DNA of 64,000 nucleotides from Alphaproteobacteria bacterium (lineage in GTDB: Bacteria; Pseudomonadota; Alphaproteobacteria; UBA828), in assembly GCA_965220825.1 (NCBI GenBank), contig OZ244839.1, positions 286,148 through 350,147 on the forward strand, given 5' to 3'. Position 1 is the first letter of the stretch. Every line of letters begins with the position of its first letter. The notes beneath the pieces are model-generated. The model had not been told where the DNA came from and did no database searches. It saw only the letters and a list, made by a program, of their open reading frames with translations. Positions 30,904 through 41,209 of the stretch are shown here, in pieces. The translations under genes were made by a program, and so were the position numbers.

Positions 30904-32433
30904 ATGGCCAAGTTTCCGACGGTACGCACGCCGACAGTGGAAGAGATCCTGGATATCGCGGACGGCTACGGCATGACGCTCACGGTGGAGGACGCGGAAT
31001 CCTTCCAGGGCCTCATGGCCGGGACCATCGAATCCTATCACCGGCTCGATGATCTCGACGAGCCCAAGCTGCCAGTAAAATATCCGCGCACCCCCGGCTA
31101 TCGCCCACCTCCTGAAGAGAACCCCTACAACGCATGGTACTGGAAGGCGGAAGTGCGGGGCGCCGACAAGGGACCGCTCAAGGGCAAGACCGTCGCCATC
31201 AAGGACAATATCTGCGTCGCGGGCGTCCCCATGATGAACGGCGCCACCATCCTGGAGGGCTACACCCCCGATGTCGACGCGACGGTGGTAACGCGCATTC
31301 TGGACGCCGGCGGCACCATCGTCGGCAAGGCCGCCAATACCTATCTCTGCTTCGATGGGGGCAGTGCGACCACGGCCACCGGCATGGTGGAGAACCCGCA
31401 TAAGCCCGGCCATACGTCCGGCGGCTCGTCCGCCGGCAGCGGTGTGCTGGTCGCCATCGGCGAGGCGGACATGGCGCTGGGCGGCGACCAGGGCGGCTCC
31501 ATTCGCATGCCGGCCTGCTGGTGCGGGATCTACGGCCACAAGCCCACCCACGGCCTCGTGCCCTATACGGGTATTTTCCCGATCGAGCAGACCCTGGATC
31601 ACACCGGCCCCATGGCGCGCACGATGGAGGATATCGCCCTGCTTCTCCAGGCGATCGCCGGGCCGGACGACCAGGATCCACGCCAGATCGGCACCGTGAC
31701 CCAGGACTATATGGGTGCGCTGGGCGAGGGCGCGGCCGGTATGAAGATCGGTGTGGTGGAGGAGGGCTTCGGCCATCCGGAAAGCGACGACGCGGTCGAC
31801 GAGAAGGTCCGTGCCGCGGTCCAGCGCTTCAAAGAGCTGGGCGCGGAGGTGGAGACGATCTCCATCCCCATGCACCGCGACGGGCCCCATATCTGGAACG
31901 GCGTCGCCGTGGAGGGCGCGACCGCGCTCATGTTGAAGGGCAACGCCCTCGGCACCAACTGGGAGGGCTATTACACCACCAGCCTGCTGGATGCCTATGC
32001 CCGCGGCTGGCGCTCGCGGCCCGACGATCTCTCGCAAACGGTGAAGCTCGTGATGATGCTCGGCGAATTCATGCACCGGAACTATCACGGGCGCTACTAC
32101 GCCAAGGCACAGAATCTGAGCCGCCGGCTGCGTGAGACCTACGACAAGTCGCTGGCCGAATACGACCTCCTGGCTATGCCGACTCTGCCCATGCTGGCGA
32201 CCCAGCTGCCGGATCCCGACTGTTCGCGCGAGGAGTATGTGGATACGGCGCTCAACATGCTGGCCAACACCTGCCCTTTCGACTGCACGGGCCATCCGGC
32301 CATAACGATCCCCTGCGGCAAGGCGGACGATTCGCCCATCGGCATGATGCTGATCGGCAAACGCTATGACGACGCGGCCGTCATCCGTGCCGCCGCCGCC
32401 TTCGAGGGGCTCGGAGACTGGCAGACCATGTAG
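30904..32433 (+). CDS. Amidase (amidase signature family)
   Basis: Catalytic Lys in AIKDN, GGSSAGS, and GGDQGGSIRMPA (Ser-cisSer-Lys triad). GGAGGG upstream of ATG 30904. Confidence 0.93.
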   Translation: MAKFPTVRTPTVEEILDIADGYGMTLTVEDAESFQGLMAGTIESYHRLDDLDEPKLPVKYPRTPGYRPPPEENPYNAWYWKAEVRGADKGPLKGKTVAIKDNICVAGVPMMNGATILEGYTPDVDATVVTRILDAGGTIVGKAANTYLCFDGGSATTATGMVENPHKPGHTSGGSSAGSGVLVAIGEADMALGGDQGGSIRMPACWCGIYGHKPTHGLVPYTGIFPIEQTLDHTGPMARTMEDIALLLQAIAGPDDQDPRQIGTVTQDYMGALGEGAAGMKIGVVEEGFGHPESDDAVDEKVRAAVQRFKELGAEVETISIPMHRDGPHIWNGVAVEGATALMLKGNALGTNWEGYYTTSLLDAYARGWRSRPDDLSQTVKLVMMLGEFMHRNYHGRYYAKAQNLSRRLRETYDKSLAEYDLLAMPTLPMLATQLPDPDCSREEYVDTALNMLANTCPFDCTGHPAITIPCGKADDSPIGMMLIGKRYDDAAVIRAAAAFEGLGDWQTM

Positions 32434-32475
32434 GCCGAAAGGCGCGGCGCGGCGGCCGAGGGCGCGCCTTTGGCC
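32433..32475. terminator. Probable bidirectional hairpin between convergent amidase and RidA genes
   Basis: GGCC(G)AAAGGCGCG...CGCGCCTTTGGCC inverted repeat lying between the two stop codons. Confidence 0.45.
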
Positions 32476-32482
32476 CCCGCGC

Positions 32483-32890
32483 CTATCCGCCGACCACGGC
32501 GGTCGCTTCCACCTCGCAGAGAATCCCAGGCACGTAGAGCGCCGTTACGCCCATCAGCGTGGCGCAGGGCGGCGTGATGCCCTCGAAGAGCGTGCGATTG
32601 GCGGCGTTGACCACCTCGCCGTCCTCCGGTTTGTAGTCCACCACATAGGTGTTGAGGCGCACGATGTCCGCCACCGTCGCGCCCGAAGCGGCGAGGACGC
32701 GTCTGATATTCTCATGGGCCTGGGCGAGCTGGCTCGCGAGATCCGGGCCTACGAGCTCGCTGTTTTCGCTCCATCCCACCTGGCCCGAGAGATAGATCGT
32801 GCGTCCGCCCTCGGCCGCCACCGCGTGGCTCAAACCGTAGGGGAGGTAGGGCGGCACGTTGCCGGGGTTGATATGCGTCAGCTTCGCCAT
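32483..32890 (-). CDS. RidA/YjgF/UK114 family protein
   Basis: IYLSGQVG, Q...AHENI..VL, P..TL.GV..L....LCEVEATA. Confidence 0.85.
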   Translation of the reverse strand: MAKLTHINPGNVPPYLPYGLSHAVAAEGGRTIYLSGQVGWSENSELVGPDLASQLAQAHENIRRVLAASGATVADIVRLNTYVVDYKPEDGEVVNAANRTLFEGITPPCATLMGVTALYVPGILCEVEATAVVGG

Positions 32891-32923
32891 GTCGGGCCTC
32901 CGTCTGCTTGTTGGCCGCCCTGC

Positions 32924-34618
32924 TCAGGCGGTCTTCTGCTCGGCGATGGCGAGTTCCTCGATCATCGCCTCGCGCATCTTGAACTTCTGGATCTTGCCGG
33001 TGACGGTCATGGGGAACTCGTCCACGAACTTCACATAGCGCGGCACCTTGAAGTGGGCGATATTCTCCCTGCAGAAGGCCGTGATCTCGCCGGCTTCCGC
33101 CCGCTCGCCGTCGCGCAGCTTGATCCAAGCGCAGATCTCCTCACCATATTTCTCGTCCGGCACGCCGATCACCTGCACATCCTGCACCTTGGGATGGCCG
33201 TAGAGGAACTCCTCGATCTCCCGCGGATAGACGTTCTCGCCGCCTCGGATCACCATGTCCTTGATGCGACCCACAATGTTGCAATAGCCCTCGGCGTCGA
33301 TGGTGGCCTGATCGCCCGTATGCATCCAGCCGGCGTCGTCGATGGCCTCTGCCGTTTTCTCCTCGTCGTTCCAGTACCCGCGCATCACCGAATAGCCCCG
33401 GGTCAGGAGCTCGCCCGGCACGCCGCGCGGCACCACCCGTCCCCGTTCGTCCACGATCTTGACCTCCACATGGGGGTGGACGCGGCCCACCGTGGAGACC
33501 CTGCGCTCGATGGGATCGTCTGAAGCGGATTGGAAGCTTACCGGGCTGGTTTCCGTCATGCCGTAGGCGATGGTCACATCTTCCATGTGGAGCTCACCGA
33601 TCACCCGCTTCATTACCTCGATGGGGCAGGGCGAGCCGGCCATGGTGCCCGTGCGGAGCGACGAGACGTCGAACCGCACGAACTCGGGATGATCGAGTTC
33701 GGCGATGAACATGGTGGGGACGCCATAGAGCGCCGTGCAGCGCTCCTCCTCGATCGCGCTGAGGACCTCCAGCGGCTCGAACGCCTCGCTGGGATAGACC
33801 ATCGTGGCACCGAAGGCCGCACACATCAGATTGCCCATCACCATGCCGAAGCAGTGGTAGAGCGGTACCGGGATGCAGACCCTGTCGGCATCCGTAAGCC
33901 TCAGCGCGACGCCGTTGAAATAGCCGTTATTGAGGATGTTGTGGTGGGTGAGCGTCGCCCCTTTGGGAAAGCCCGTTGTCCCGCTGGTGAACTGGATATT
34001 GATGGGGTCGTCGAACTGGAGCGTCTCGCCGAGCGTGCGGAGTCGTTCGCGATGGGCGTCTCCCGCGAGGTCCGGCACGGCATCGAAGTTGTAGAGGCCC
34101 GGCGTGGGCTCGGTGCCGAGGCGCACGACGGTCCGCAGGTGGGGGAGCTTTTCCGCTTCGAGCGCGCCTGGGGCGGCGCCGTCGAGCTCCGGTGCCAGCC
34201 TGCGCAGCATCTCGATATAGCGGCTGGATTTGAAGGATTCGGCCGTGACCAGTGCGCGGCATTCTACCTTGTTGAGGGCATATTCGAGTTCGGCAAGCCG
34301 GTAGGCGGGGTTGATATTGACCAGGATGAGCCCCGCCTTCGCGGCGGCGAACTGCGTAACCGTCCATTCGCTGTTGTTGGGGGACCAGATTCCGATCCGG
34401 TCGCCGGGCTCGAGACCCAGCGCCAGCAGGCCGGCGGCGAAGGCATCCGCGCGCTCGTTGAGGGCGCGGTAGGTTAGGCGTACCCCCTGGTGGCGCACGA
34501 CGAGGGCTTCGTTGTCGGGGAAGCGCGCGGCCGTCCGCTCGAGCTGTTGGCCGATGGTGTCGCCCAGCAACGGCCGATCCGTGGTGCCGCTCACATAGCT
34601 CCCAAGCGGACGGGTCAT
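32924..34618 (-). CDS. AMP-binding acyl-CoA synthetase
   Basis: [57 protein letters not shown] before ATG 34618. Confidence 0.93.
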   Translation of the reverse strand: MTRPLGSYVSGTTDRPLLGDTIGQQLERTAARFPDNEALVVRHQGVRLTYRALNERADAFAAGLLALGLEPGDRIGIWSPNNSEWTVTQFAAAKAGLILVNINPAYRLAELEYALNKVECRALVTAESFKSSRYIEMLRRLAPELDGAAPGALEAEKLPHLRTVVRLGTEPTPGLYNFDAVPDLAGDAHRERLRTLGETLQFDDPINIQFTSGTTGFPKGATLTHHNILNNGYFNGVALRLTDADRVCIPVPLYHCFGMVMGNLMCAAFGATMVYPSEAFEPLEVLSAIEEERCTALYGVPTMFIAELDHPEFVRFDVSSLRTGTMAGSPCPIEVMKRVIGELHMEDVTIAYGMTETSPVSFQSASDDPIERRVSTVGRVHPHVEVKIVDERGRVVPRGVPGELLTRGYSVMRGYWNDEEKTAEAIDDAGWMHTGDQATIDAEGYCNIVGRIKDMVIRGGENVYPREIEEFLYGHPKVQDVQVIGVPDEKYGEEICAWIKLRDGERAEAGEITAFCRENIAHFKVPRYVKFVDEFPMTVTGKIQKFKMREAMIEELAIAEQKTA

Positions 34619-34821
34619 GGTTCCTCCCCGGTTGATCCGCAGCCTGCGGCGAGTGTCGCAGCCATCCCACTGCCGCTTCAAGCCCTGCGCGGTATATTGC
34701 GGGACAAGCCTGCCGACTGGCCGTCCGTTCCGGCGGCTGCACCACGGCGGGCGCCGTCGTCGGTGCTTGTGAAGGATGCGCAGCAAGCGCGGAGATGGGC
34801 GGGGCGAGCGGAGGAGCGATC

Positions 34822-35601
34822 ATGGATCTGGGCATTGCAGGACGCAGCGCCATCGTCTGCGCAGGGAGCAGGGGTCTCGGGCGGGCCTGCGCGCTTGCGC
34901 TGGCGCAGAACGGCGTGGACCTCACGCTCAATGCGCGCACGCCGGATGCGCTCCAGGCGGCGGCGCGCGCGGTGCGTGAGGAAACGGGCGTCTCGGTGAA
35001 GACGGTCGCGGGCGATATTGCGGATCCGGAGGTCCAGGCGCGTCTCGTAGCCGCCTGTCCGGAAGCCGACATCCTGGTCAACAACAATGGCGGCCCGCCG
35101 CTGCGGGATTTCCGCGAGGTCGACCGCGAGGCCCTGCTGCAGGGTGTGACCATGAACATGGCGGCGCCCATCGAACTCATCCGCGCGCTGGTGGACGGCA
35201 TGGCGTCCCGAGGCTTTGGGCGCATCGTCAACATCACCTCGATCTCGGTAAAGATGCCCGTCCCGGGGCTCGATCTCTCGAGCGGTGCCCGCGCCGGGCT
35301 TACCGCCTTCGTCGCCGGCGTCGCGCCCGCCCTCGCGCCAAGCAACGTCACCATCAACAACCTCCTGCCGGGCTTCTTCGATACGGAGCGGCTGGCGAAC
35401 AATTTCAAGGCGGGCGCCCGCGCCGCCGGCGTCCCTCTCGAGGATTTCATCGCGCGCCAGCGGGCGACGGTGCCGGCCGGCCGCTTGGGCGATCCGGTGG
35501 AGTTCGGCGAGGCGTGCGCCTTCCTCTGCGGCGCCCGGTCCGGCTATATCACCGGGCAGAACATCCTGATCGATGGCGGCCGGCACCGGAGCGTGTGGTA
35601 A
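34822..35601 (+). CDS. SDR oxidoreductase (atypical, no YxxxK)
   Basis: MDLGI.G..AIVCAGSRGLG, NNGGP, LLPG.FDT.R, ITGQNILIDGG. The catalytic position reads SSGAR instead of YxxxK. Confidence 0.88.
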   Translation: MDLGIAGRSAIVCAGSRGLGRACALALAQNGVDLTLNARTPDALQAAARAVREETGVSVKTVAGDIADPEVQARLVAACPEADILVNNNGGPPLRDFREVDREALLQGVTMNMAAPIELIRALVDGMASRGFGRIVNITSISVKMPVPGLDLSSGARAGLTAFVAGVAPALAPSNVTINNLLPGFFDTERLANNFKAGARAAGVPLEDFIARQRATVPAGRLGDPVEFGEACAFLCGARSGYITGQNILIDGGRHRSVW

Positions 35602-35626
35602 TCACGCCCGGGGTAGGGGAGGGACG

Positions 35627-36451
35627 ATGACTGGGAGGAAGAGAAGCGTGTGGAGCAACGCCCTGCCGTCAGCCCTCGCGATTCTGGCGGCGGCGTTGCT
35701 GTTGCCGGCGCCGGCGGCGAGTGCCGACGCCGACGAGATGCCCGCTGAGGCTGGCGCCGCGCTTGCGGAGAGTGAGGCCGAAGCGGCCAACCACGCGAAG
35801 GCTCTGTTCGACGCGGGCAAGTTCCTGGAAGCGGCGGAGGCTGCGGAGCGCATGGGCGGCGGCAGCGCGCTGGCCTTCGCTGCGGGTGCCCGCACCACCT
35901 ACGGCCAGTTCGTCGCTCCGCCGGCAGAGCGGCAGGCCCATTTCGAGACCGCCATGCAACTCGCCGAGCGAGCCGTTGCGCTGGAGCCGGGGAACGCGGA
36001 AACCCATTTCGAGCTGGCCCATGCGCTCGGCCGGTACGCGCAGGATTTCGGTATCCTGGAGGCGCTCGCCGAGGGCTTCGCCACCCGCGTCCGGGACAGC
36101 GTCGAAGCCGGCCTCGCGCTCGCGCCCGACGATCCCACCGGCCATGTCCTGATGGGAAGCTGGCATGCGGAGATCCTGGGCTCCGCCGGGTTCCTGGGCG
36201 GCGTGATCTACGGTGCGGAGTCCGAAGCCGTGTTCGCGCATTTCGAGCATGCGATGGCGATGAATCCCGACGCGCCGCTCGTGCTGCTGAGCTATGCCCA
36301 AGCCATGCTCAAGCTCGACGAGGCGGAGTACGCCGCTGAAATCCGCGCCCGGTTGGCCGAGGCGCTCGCCGTGGAACCGGCGACGGCCCTGGATCGGATC
36401 GTCATCCGGCGGGTGCGCGCGCTCCAGGAGTCTCTTGGTCCGGTGGAGTGA
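35627..36451 (+). CDS. Exported alpha-helical (TPR-like) hypothetical protein
   Basis: Signal peptide and TPR-like segments AERAVALEPGNAETHFELAHALG, AGLALAPDDP, AMAMNPDAP. Confidence 0.7.
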   Translation: MTGRKRSVWSNALPSALAILAAALLLPAPAASADADEMPAEAGAALAESEAEAANHAKALFDAGKFLEAAEAAERMGGGSALAFAAGARTTYGQFVAPPAERQAHFETAMQLAERAVALEPGNAETHFELAHALGRYAQDFGILEALAEGFATRVRDSVEAGLALAPDDPTGHVLMGSWHAEILGSAGFLGGVIYGAESEAVFAHFEHAMAMNPDAPLVLLSYAQAMLKLDEAEYAAEIRARLAEALAVEPATALDRIVIRRVRALQESLGPVE

Positions 36452-37550
36452 GGAGCGCTGCTTCCGCTTCGAGCCCGAGCCTGCGTGCGGATTTTCCGAG
36501 GCTCGCCCGTACGCGTGCCGGCAACGGGATGCCCTCCGCAATTCGGCGCGCGCGCGTCTCCGTCTCCGGCTCCCCTGGGAGGCGTACGCGCTCGTGGCCC
36601 GGCGCCGCGCGGGCGCTTCGCACGAACGCCGCATAGCGGCCGAGTTCCGGCCACAGGAACTCTTCCGTCCCGAACTGGGCTGGATCCAGGAAGATGGCCA
36701 GCATGTTGTTCTCCAGGGAGGAGTGGCCGGGCCGGGCACACCCGCCGCCGGTCAGCGCGCCGGCCAGCAGTTCGCACATGATGCCAAGCCCTGAACCCTT
36801 GTGCTCTCCCATGGCGCGGAGTGCGCCGGTACCGGTGCGCTGATCGAGCGGCTGCCGGCCCCCGCGCTCGCCATAGATCGCCGCCGGGTCCGTGGTAAGC
36901 CGCCCGTCCCGCTCGATGACGGCCCCCTCCGGCAGCGGCGCACCGCCGTTGAGTGCGACCAGCACCTTGCCTTCGGCGACCGTCGAGGTGGCGCAGTCCA
37001 GCACCAGGGGCGGGCCATCCGGCATGGGCACGCCGATGGCGACGGGGTTGGTGGACATGCGTCGCTCGGTGCCGCCGAAGGGTGCCACCAGCATCCCGAG
37101 CCCGGTGGTGTTGACGAAGAGGATCGAGATCAACCCGCAGTCGGCGGCGCGCTCCGCCCAGTCGCCGATGCGCCCGAGATGCCCCGCATTGCGTAGTCCT
37201 ACCACGGCGGCACCGGCGGTACGCGCCTTGCCGACGCCGTGATCCACCGCCTGCTCGCCGACGGTCTGGCCGAAGCCCCGGTCGCCGTCCAGCACGGACA
37301 CAGCGCCCCCATCCACCAGGATCCGCGCGCTTCGCCCGGCGCGCACCTTGCCGGTCTCGAGCCAATGGAGGTAGCGCGGTACGCGGATCACGCCGTGGCT
37401 GTCATGGCCTGCGAGGTTCGCTTCCACCAGATAGCGGGCGATGCGCTGGGCTTCGGCCTTGTCGCAGCCCGCCGCCGCAAAAATCGCACCGACCGCACCG
37501 CGCAGCGCGGCCGCGTCCATGCGGTCGGCGCCCTCGCCGGCCACGTTCAT
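36402..37550 (-). CDS. Malate/lactate/ureidoglycolate dehydrogenase (Ldh_2 family)
   Basis: GHDSHGV.R, DG..GFGQ, HLGRIG, PFGG...STNP, HKGSGL, RLPGE. Its start overlaps the AI-2E stop (ATGA). Confidence 0.9.
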   Translation of the reverse strand: MNVAGEGADRMDAAALRGAVGAIFAAAGCDKAEAQRIARYLVEANLAGHDSHGVIRVPRYLHWLETGKVRAGRSARILVDGGAVSVLDGDRGFGQTVGEQAVDHGVGKARTAGAAVVGLRNAGHLGRIGDWAERAADCGLISILFVNTTGLGMLVAPFGGTERRMSTNPVAIGVPMPDGPPLVLDCATSTVAEGKVLVALNGGAPLPEGAVIERDGRLTTDPAAIYGERGGRQPLDQRTGTGALRAMGEHKGSGLGIMCELLAGALTGGGCARPGHSSLENNMLAIFLDPAQFGTEEFLWPELGRYAAFVRSARAAPGHERVRLPGEPETETRARRIAEGIPLPARVRASLGKSARRLGLEAEAALLTPPDQETPGARAPAG

Positions 37551-38635
37551 TCGCCGGTGCGTGAGGGCACGGAAGGGGGCGGCGGGTCCGTCTCGCCCCA
37601 GGCGACGCGGCCGTCGGTGGAAAGCATGACGGCAATCGGTCTCGTGCGCGGGAAATGGGCGAAGACGATCATTGCGATCACCGTGATCGGCACACACAGG
37701 AACATGCCCGGTATGCCCCAGATCGAGCCCCAGATGGCGAGCGACGCCAGTGTCGCAAAGGGGCTTATGTTGAGCGACGCACCCATCATCAGGGGTTCCA
37801 GAATATTGCCCGTGAAAATCTGGATCACGGCAAGGCTGGGCAGAACGATCAGGAACGGCAGGAAGGTGTCGAACTGCACCAGAGCGAGCAATGCGGGAAA
37901 GACGATGCCGAGCAGGGAGCCGATGGTGGGGATGTAGTTGAGCAGGAAGATGATCACGACCCAGAAACCTGCGAAGTCCAGGCCTACGGCGAACAGGACG
38001 GCGTAGCTCAACCCCGCCGTCAGTGCGCTGGAAAACGTCTTGATCCAGAGATAATTCTGAATCTCCCGGGTCATGTGGTCGAGAATCACCCGCGCCCGCG
38101 CCTCGCGCGCCGGGTCGGGGAAAAGGGCCTTCATCTTGCGGTCGAAGCTGCCTTGCTCCACAAACAGGAAAAGCACATAGACGAAGATAAGCCCCGCATC
38201 CCCTGCGATGCCCGTCAGCGTCGAAGCGAGGCGCCCCACGAGCGCACGGAAGTCGATCCGCTCCACCAGTTGGGTGAGGCTCGGTGCGTCGTCCAGTCCG
38301 AGCAGCGCCGCACCGTCCGCAATCAGGCGCTGGAGGTTGGCCTGATAGGTGGGCACCGCATCGGCGACATTGGCGAAGCTGTCGCTCACCATTTCCGCGA
38401 GGGACATGATGGCAGCGACGAAGGCGACGACTGTCAGCGCGAGGGCGGCCCAGCGCGGCGGGCGTATGCCCTTGATGTCGATTCGCCGGATGCCGCGGGC
38501 GATGGCGTTGATCAGGTACCAGGCCATGACGGCGATGGCGATGGGGATCAGGATGTTCCGCCCCGAGACGAGCAGATAGATGGTAAGGGCGGCGATGCCG
38601 GCTGACGCGGCGAAGGCGAGGATTTTGGTTTGCAT
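37547..38635 (-). CDS. AI-2E family transporter
   Basis: Polytopic membrane protein with LNYIPTIGS, GNILEP..MG..LNISP, WG.IWG..GMFLCVP. Confidence 0.9.
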   Translation of the reverse strand: MQTKILAFAASAGIAALTIYLLVSGRNILIPIAIAVMAWYLINAIARGIRRIDIKGIRPPRWAALALTVVAFVAAIMSLAEMVSDSFANVADAVPTYQANLQRLIADGAALLGLDDAPSLTQLVERIDFRALVGRLASTLTGIAGDAGLIFVYVLFLFVEQGSFDRKMKALFPDPAREARARVILDHMTREIQNYLWIKTFSSALTAGLSYAVLFAVGLDFAGFWVVIIFLLNYIPTIGSLLGIVFPALLALVQFDTFLPFLIVLPSLAVIQIFTGNILEPLMMGASLNISPFATLASLAIWGSIWGIPGMFLCVPITVIAMIVFAHFPRTRPIAVMLSTDGRVAWGETDPPPPSVPSRTGE

Positions 38636-38734
38636 GAGGCAGGGCCGTTCCCGGCGCGTTCGGCATTGTCCGGCGGCGCCTCTGCTCCGTCAACCGGACG
38701 GCAAGCCCGGAGCCGGGCGTTGAGAGCCGCTTGG

Positions 38735-39337
38735 GTGACGGGGGGGCCGAGCCGCTGGCTCCGGGCGCTCTATGACGGCACGTTGCGGCTCGCCGACAGG
38801 CCCCGTGCGGTCTGGGCGCTTGTCGCGGTGTCGTTCGCCGAAAGCTCGTTCTTTCCCATACCGCCGGACGTTCTCCTGATTCCCATGATACTGGCGGCGC
38901 GCGCGCGTGCCTGGATGCTCGCCGGCGTCTGTACGCTGTCGTCCGTGGGCGGAGGCCTGTTCGGCTACGCCATCGGTTATTTCCTGTTCGAAGCGCTCGG
39001 CGGCTCGCTCATCTCATTCTGGGGCAACGAGGCGCAGCTTGGGGCTTTCGAGCGCTACCGGGAAGAATGGGGCCCGTGGATCGTGGCCGCGGGAGGGCTC
39101 ACGCCGCTTCCCTACAAGCTGGTAACGATCGCAAGCGGCGCGGGGCAGCTGGATATCGGCGTATTCATCCTGGCGTCGCTCGCGTCCCGGGGCCTCCGGT
39201 TCTACGCGGAAGCAGCGCTCCTCTGGCGTTTCGGCCCGCCGGTCCGCCGCCTCGTCGAGCGCCATCTGGGGCTGGCGGCGCTGGCGGCCCTGGCTCTCAT
39301 TGTCGCGGGTGTTCTGCTTGTCCGCTTCCTCGCCTGA
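38735..39337 (+). CDS. DedA/YqaA family membrane protein
   Basis: SFAESSFFPIPPDVLLIPM, TPLPYKLVTIASG, SRGLRF. Start uncertain; GTG 38735 chosen to avoid overlapping the divergent gene. Confidence 0.88.
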   Translation: MTGGPSRWLRALYDGTLRLADRPRAVWALVAVSFAESSFFPIPPDVLLIPMILAARARAWMLAGVCTLSSVGGGLFGYAIGYFLFEALGGSLISFWGNEAQLGAFERYREEWGPWIVAAGGLTPLPYKLVTIASGAGQLDIGVFILASLASRGLRFYAEAALLWRFGPPVRRLVERHLGLAALAALALIVAGVLLVRFLA

Positions 39338-39367
39338 CGCCGCAGCCGGAGGGGCGGCCGCCGGGGC

Positions 39368-39988
39368 TCAGAAGCGCCGCGCCTCGATCACCGCGCGGTC
39401 CATCTTCGCCTGACGGATATATTGCGACAGGATGTGCATGATGGACTGGTGGGTGTCCTCGATCACACCGTAATTGTCCGCATCCACATGGAGGCTGTGG
39501 GTGGCGAGCCGGGCCGAGCGCCCGCCGTCGAAGCCGGTCAGCGCGATGCTGTCCACGCCGTTCGTCCGCGCCCAATCCACGGCGCGGACGATGTTCTCCG
39601 AATCGCCCGAGGCCGAGATGGTCATCAGCAGGTCGCCGCGCCGAGCGGCCGTCCGCAGCTGATAGACGAAGCAATCCTCGAAGGCGATGTCGTTGGCAAT
39701 GGCCGTGATCATTTCGATATTCGCGCTGAGGCTCATCACCCGGGGCCGCGCGTCGGTATCGGTCTGAACGCATTTCGCAACGTCGCAGAGCAGGTGGTTG
39801 GCGATGGCCGCCGAGCCTCCATTGCCGCAGACGAAAACCCAGGCGTCCCGCGCAAGGACCGCTTCGAGCGCTGCGCTGGCCTGAATGAGGCGCGTACGGT
39901 CGAGTGAAGCGCCGGCGCGTGCGAGCCGTTCCATATAGTCGTCGCAATAGCGCGCGAGAGAGTCGTAGGGCTTGTCCGGGAAGGTCAT
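39368..39988 (-). CDS. gmhA: SIS-domain phosphoheptose isomerase-like protein
   Basis: CGNGGSAA.A.H, TAIAND, ISASG.S.N, LTGFDGG, IED.H....H. Confidence 0.8.
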   Translation of the reverse strand: MTFPDKPYDSLARYCDDYMERLARAGASLDRTRLIQASAALEAVLARDAWVFVCGNGGSAAIANHLLCDVAKCVQTDTDARPRVMSLSANIEMITAIANDIAFEDCFVYQLRTAARRGDLLMTISASGDSENIVRAVDWARTNGVDSIALTGFDGGRSARLATHSLHVDADNYGVIEDTHQSIMHILSQYIRQAKMDRAVIEARRF

Positions 39989-40001
39989 GGCATCCGGCGT
40001 G

Positions 40002-40628
40002 TCAGAGACGGGTTGATTCCAGGGCGGCGCCGAGGGCTGCGATGGGCCGCCCGCGAGTCACGGGAAAATCCGCGCCGGCCATGCGCCCCGCGGCAGCCCG
40101 GTCGCGTTCGCCGTAGCCGGTCGGCACCAGCCAGCCCTGCGCGCAGCCGGCGCGGCGTCCGGCCTCCAGGTCGGTGGCGGAATCGCCGACGATCCAGCTC
40201 CGGCGCAGGTCGATGGCGAGGTCGCGCGCCGCCGCCAGCAGCATCCCGGGCGCAGGCTTGCGGCAGGGCGCGCCGCTCCGGGGAAGGGCCGGGCAGGCAT
40301 AGACGCCGTCGATCCGGCCGCCGGCCTCGAGGATCAGCGCGAGCAGGCGATCCTGGGTCGCGGCAAACCCATCCCACCCATAGTAGCCGCGACCGATGCC
40401 CGATTGGTTCGAGACGATCACGATGCGGAGCGTCCGGCGCGCCGCACGGGCCAGAGTCGCCAATGCGCCGGGGACGGGCCGCACGCCATCCGCTCGGCAA
40501 AGCCAGGGGACGAGATGGATAAGCGTGCCGTCCCGGTCGAGAAAGAGTGCCGGTCGCGGCGGACCCGCCGTCTCCCCACGAATCTCGCGCCACAGGCCCG
40601 ACTGATCCAAAGGGCGGACGCGGCCCAC
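40002..40628 (-). CDS. gmhB: HAD-IIIA phosphatase, D-glycero-manno-heptose bisphosphate phosphatase-like
   Basis: FLDRDGTL, SNQSGIGRG, RKPAPGM, VGD...D..AG; adjacent to the gmhA-like gene. Confidence 0.8.
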   Translation of the reverse strand: MGRVRPLDQSGLWREIRGETAGPPRPALFLDRDGTLIHLVPWLCRADGVRPVPGALATLARAARRTLRIVIVSNQSGIGRGYYGWDGFAATQDRLLALILEAGGRIDGVYACPALPRSGAPCRKPAPGMLLAAARDLAIDLRRSWIVGDSATDLEAGRRAGCAQGWLVPTGYGERDRAAAGRMAGADFPVTRGRPIAALGAALESTRL

Positions 40629-40658
40629 GGAACCGGATCGTACGTAGGCCGGGGCGCT

Positions 40659-41207
40659 CTACGGCTCGATCCCCTGGCTCTTCAGGCCAAGCACGCCCTG
40701 CTCCTCGATCAGTTGCAGGATGGTCTCGTCGTTCCGGAACCACTGTCGAACCTTCTTGTCCTTCATGCCGAGGCCCCGCTCCTTGGCCCAATCGCGAACG
40801 AAGCCGTTCGCCCTACGCCATTTGCCGCCTTCGGGCATCACGAACTGCACGGCAAACGTGGTGACGCCGTAATTGGTGGTGAAGAGGCCGTCGACGGTCA
40901 CCCTCTGGTTGCAGAAGGCGATGAGGTCGTTGGTCGCGCCGGTGAAGGGCCCGGCGTTCTTTACCGGGAGTACGAGCTTGCCGTCGTCCTGAAGGAGGCC
41001 GAGCAGACGCTTGCCGCCGCCGCAGTCCTCGGGACAGTCGCCCTTCAGCACGCAGAGCACGTCCGTGACCTTGGCGGCAAATCGCGCTTCCTCTTCCTCG
41101 GGAAGGTTCCAGCTATTGGCGGCGGAGGCCGCATTGGACGCCGCCAGCGCGCCGGCGAGCAGGAGCGCTGCGCCGAAGCGGGTGGCCGTGCGAGAGATAG
41201 CCGTCAT
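40659..41207 (-). CDS. Exported hypothetical protein with DxxC...CxxxC motif
   Basis: Signal peptide (…NAASA|), host-like codon usage, KVTDVLCVLKGDCPEDCGGG...VTVDG. Confidence 0.75.
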   Translation of the reverse strand: MTAISRTATRFGAALLLAGALAASNAASAANSWNLPEEEEARFAAKVTDVLCVLKGDCPEDCGGGKRLLGLLQDDGKLVLPVKNAGPFTGATNDLIAFCNQRVTVDGLFTTNYGVTTFAVQFVMPEGGKWRRANGFVRDWAKERGLGMKDKKVRQWFRNDETILQLIEEQGVLGLKSQGIEP

Positions 41208-41209
41208 GG

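Noticed and set aside
36402-38693. 763-aa ORF suggesting a fusion onto the Ldh_2 dehydrogenase
   Set aside because: The N-terminal half is an alternative frame of the AI-2E gene; the real start is the ATGA-coupled ATG at 37550.
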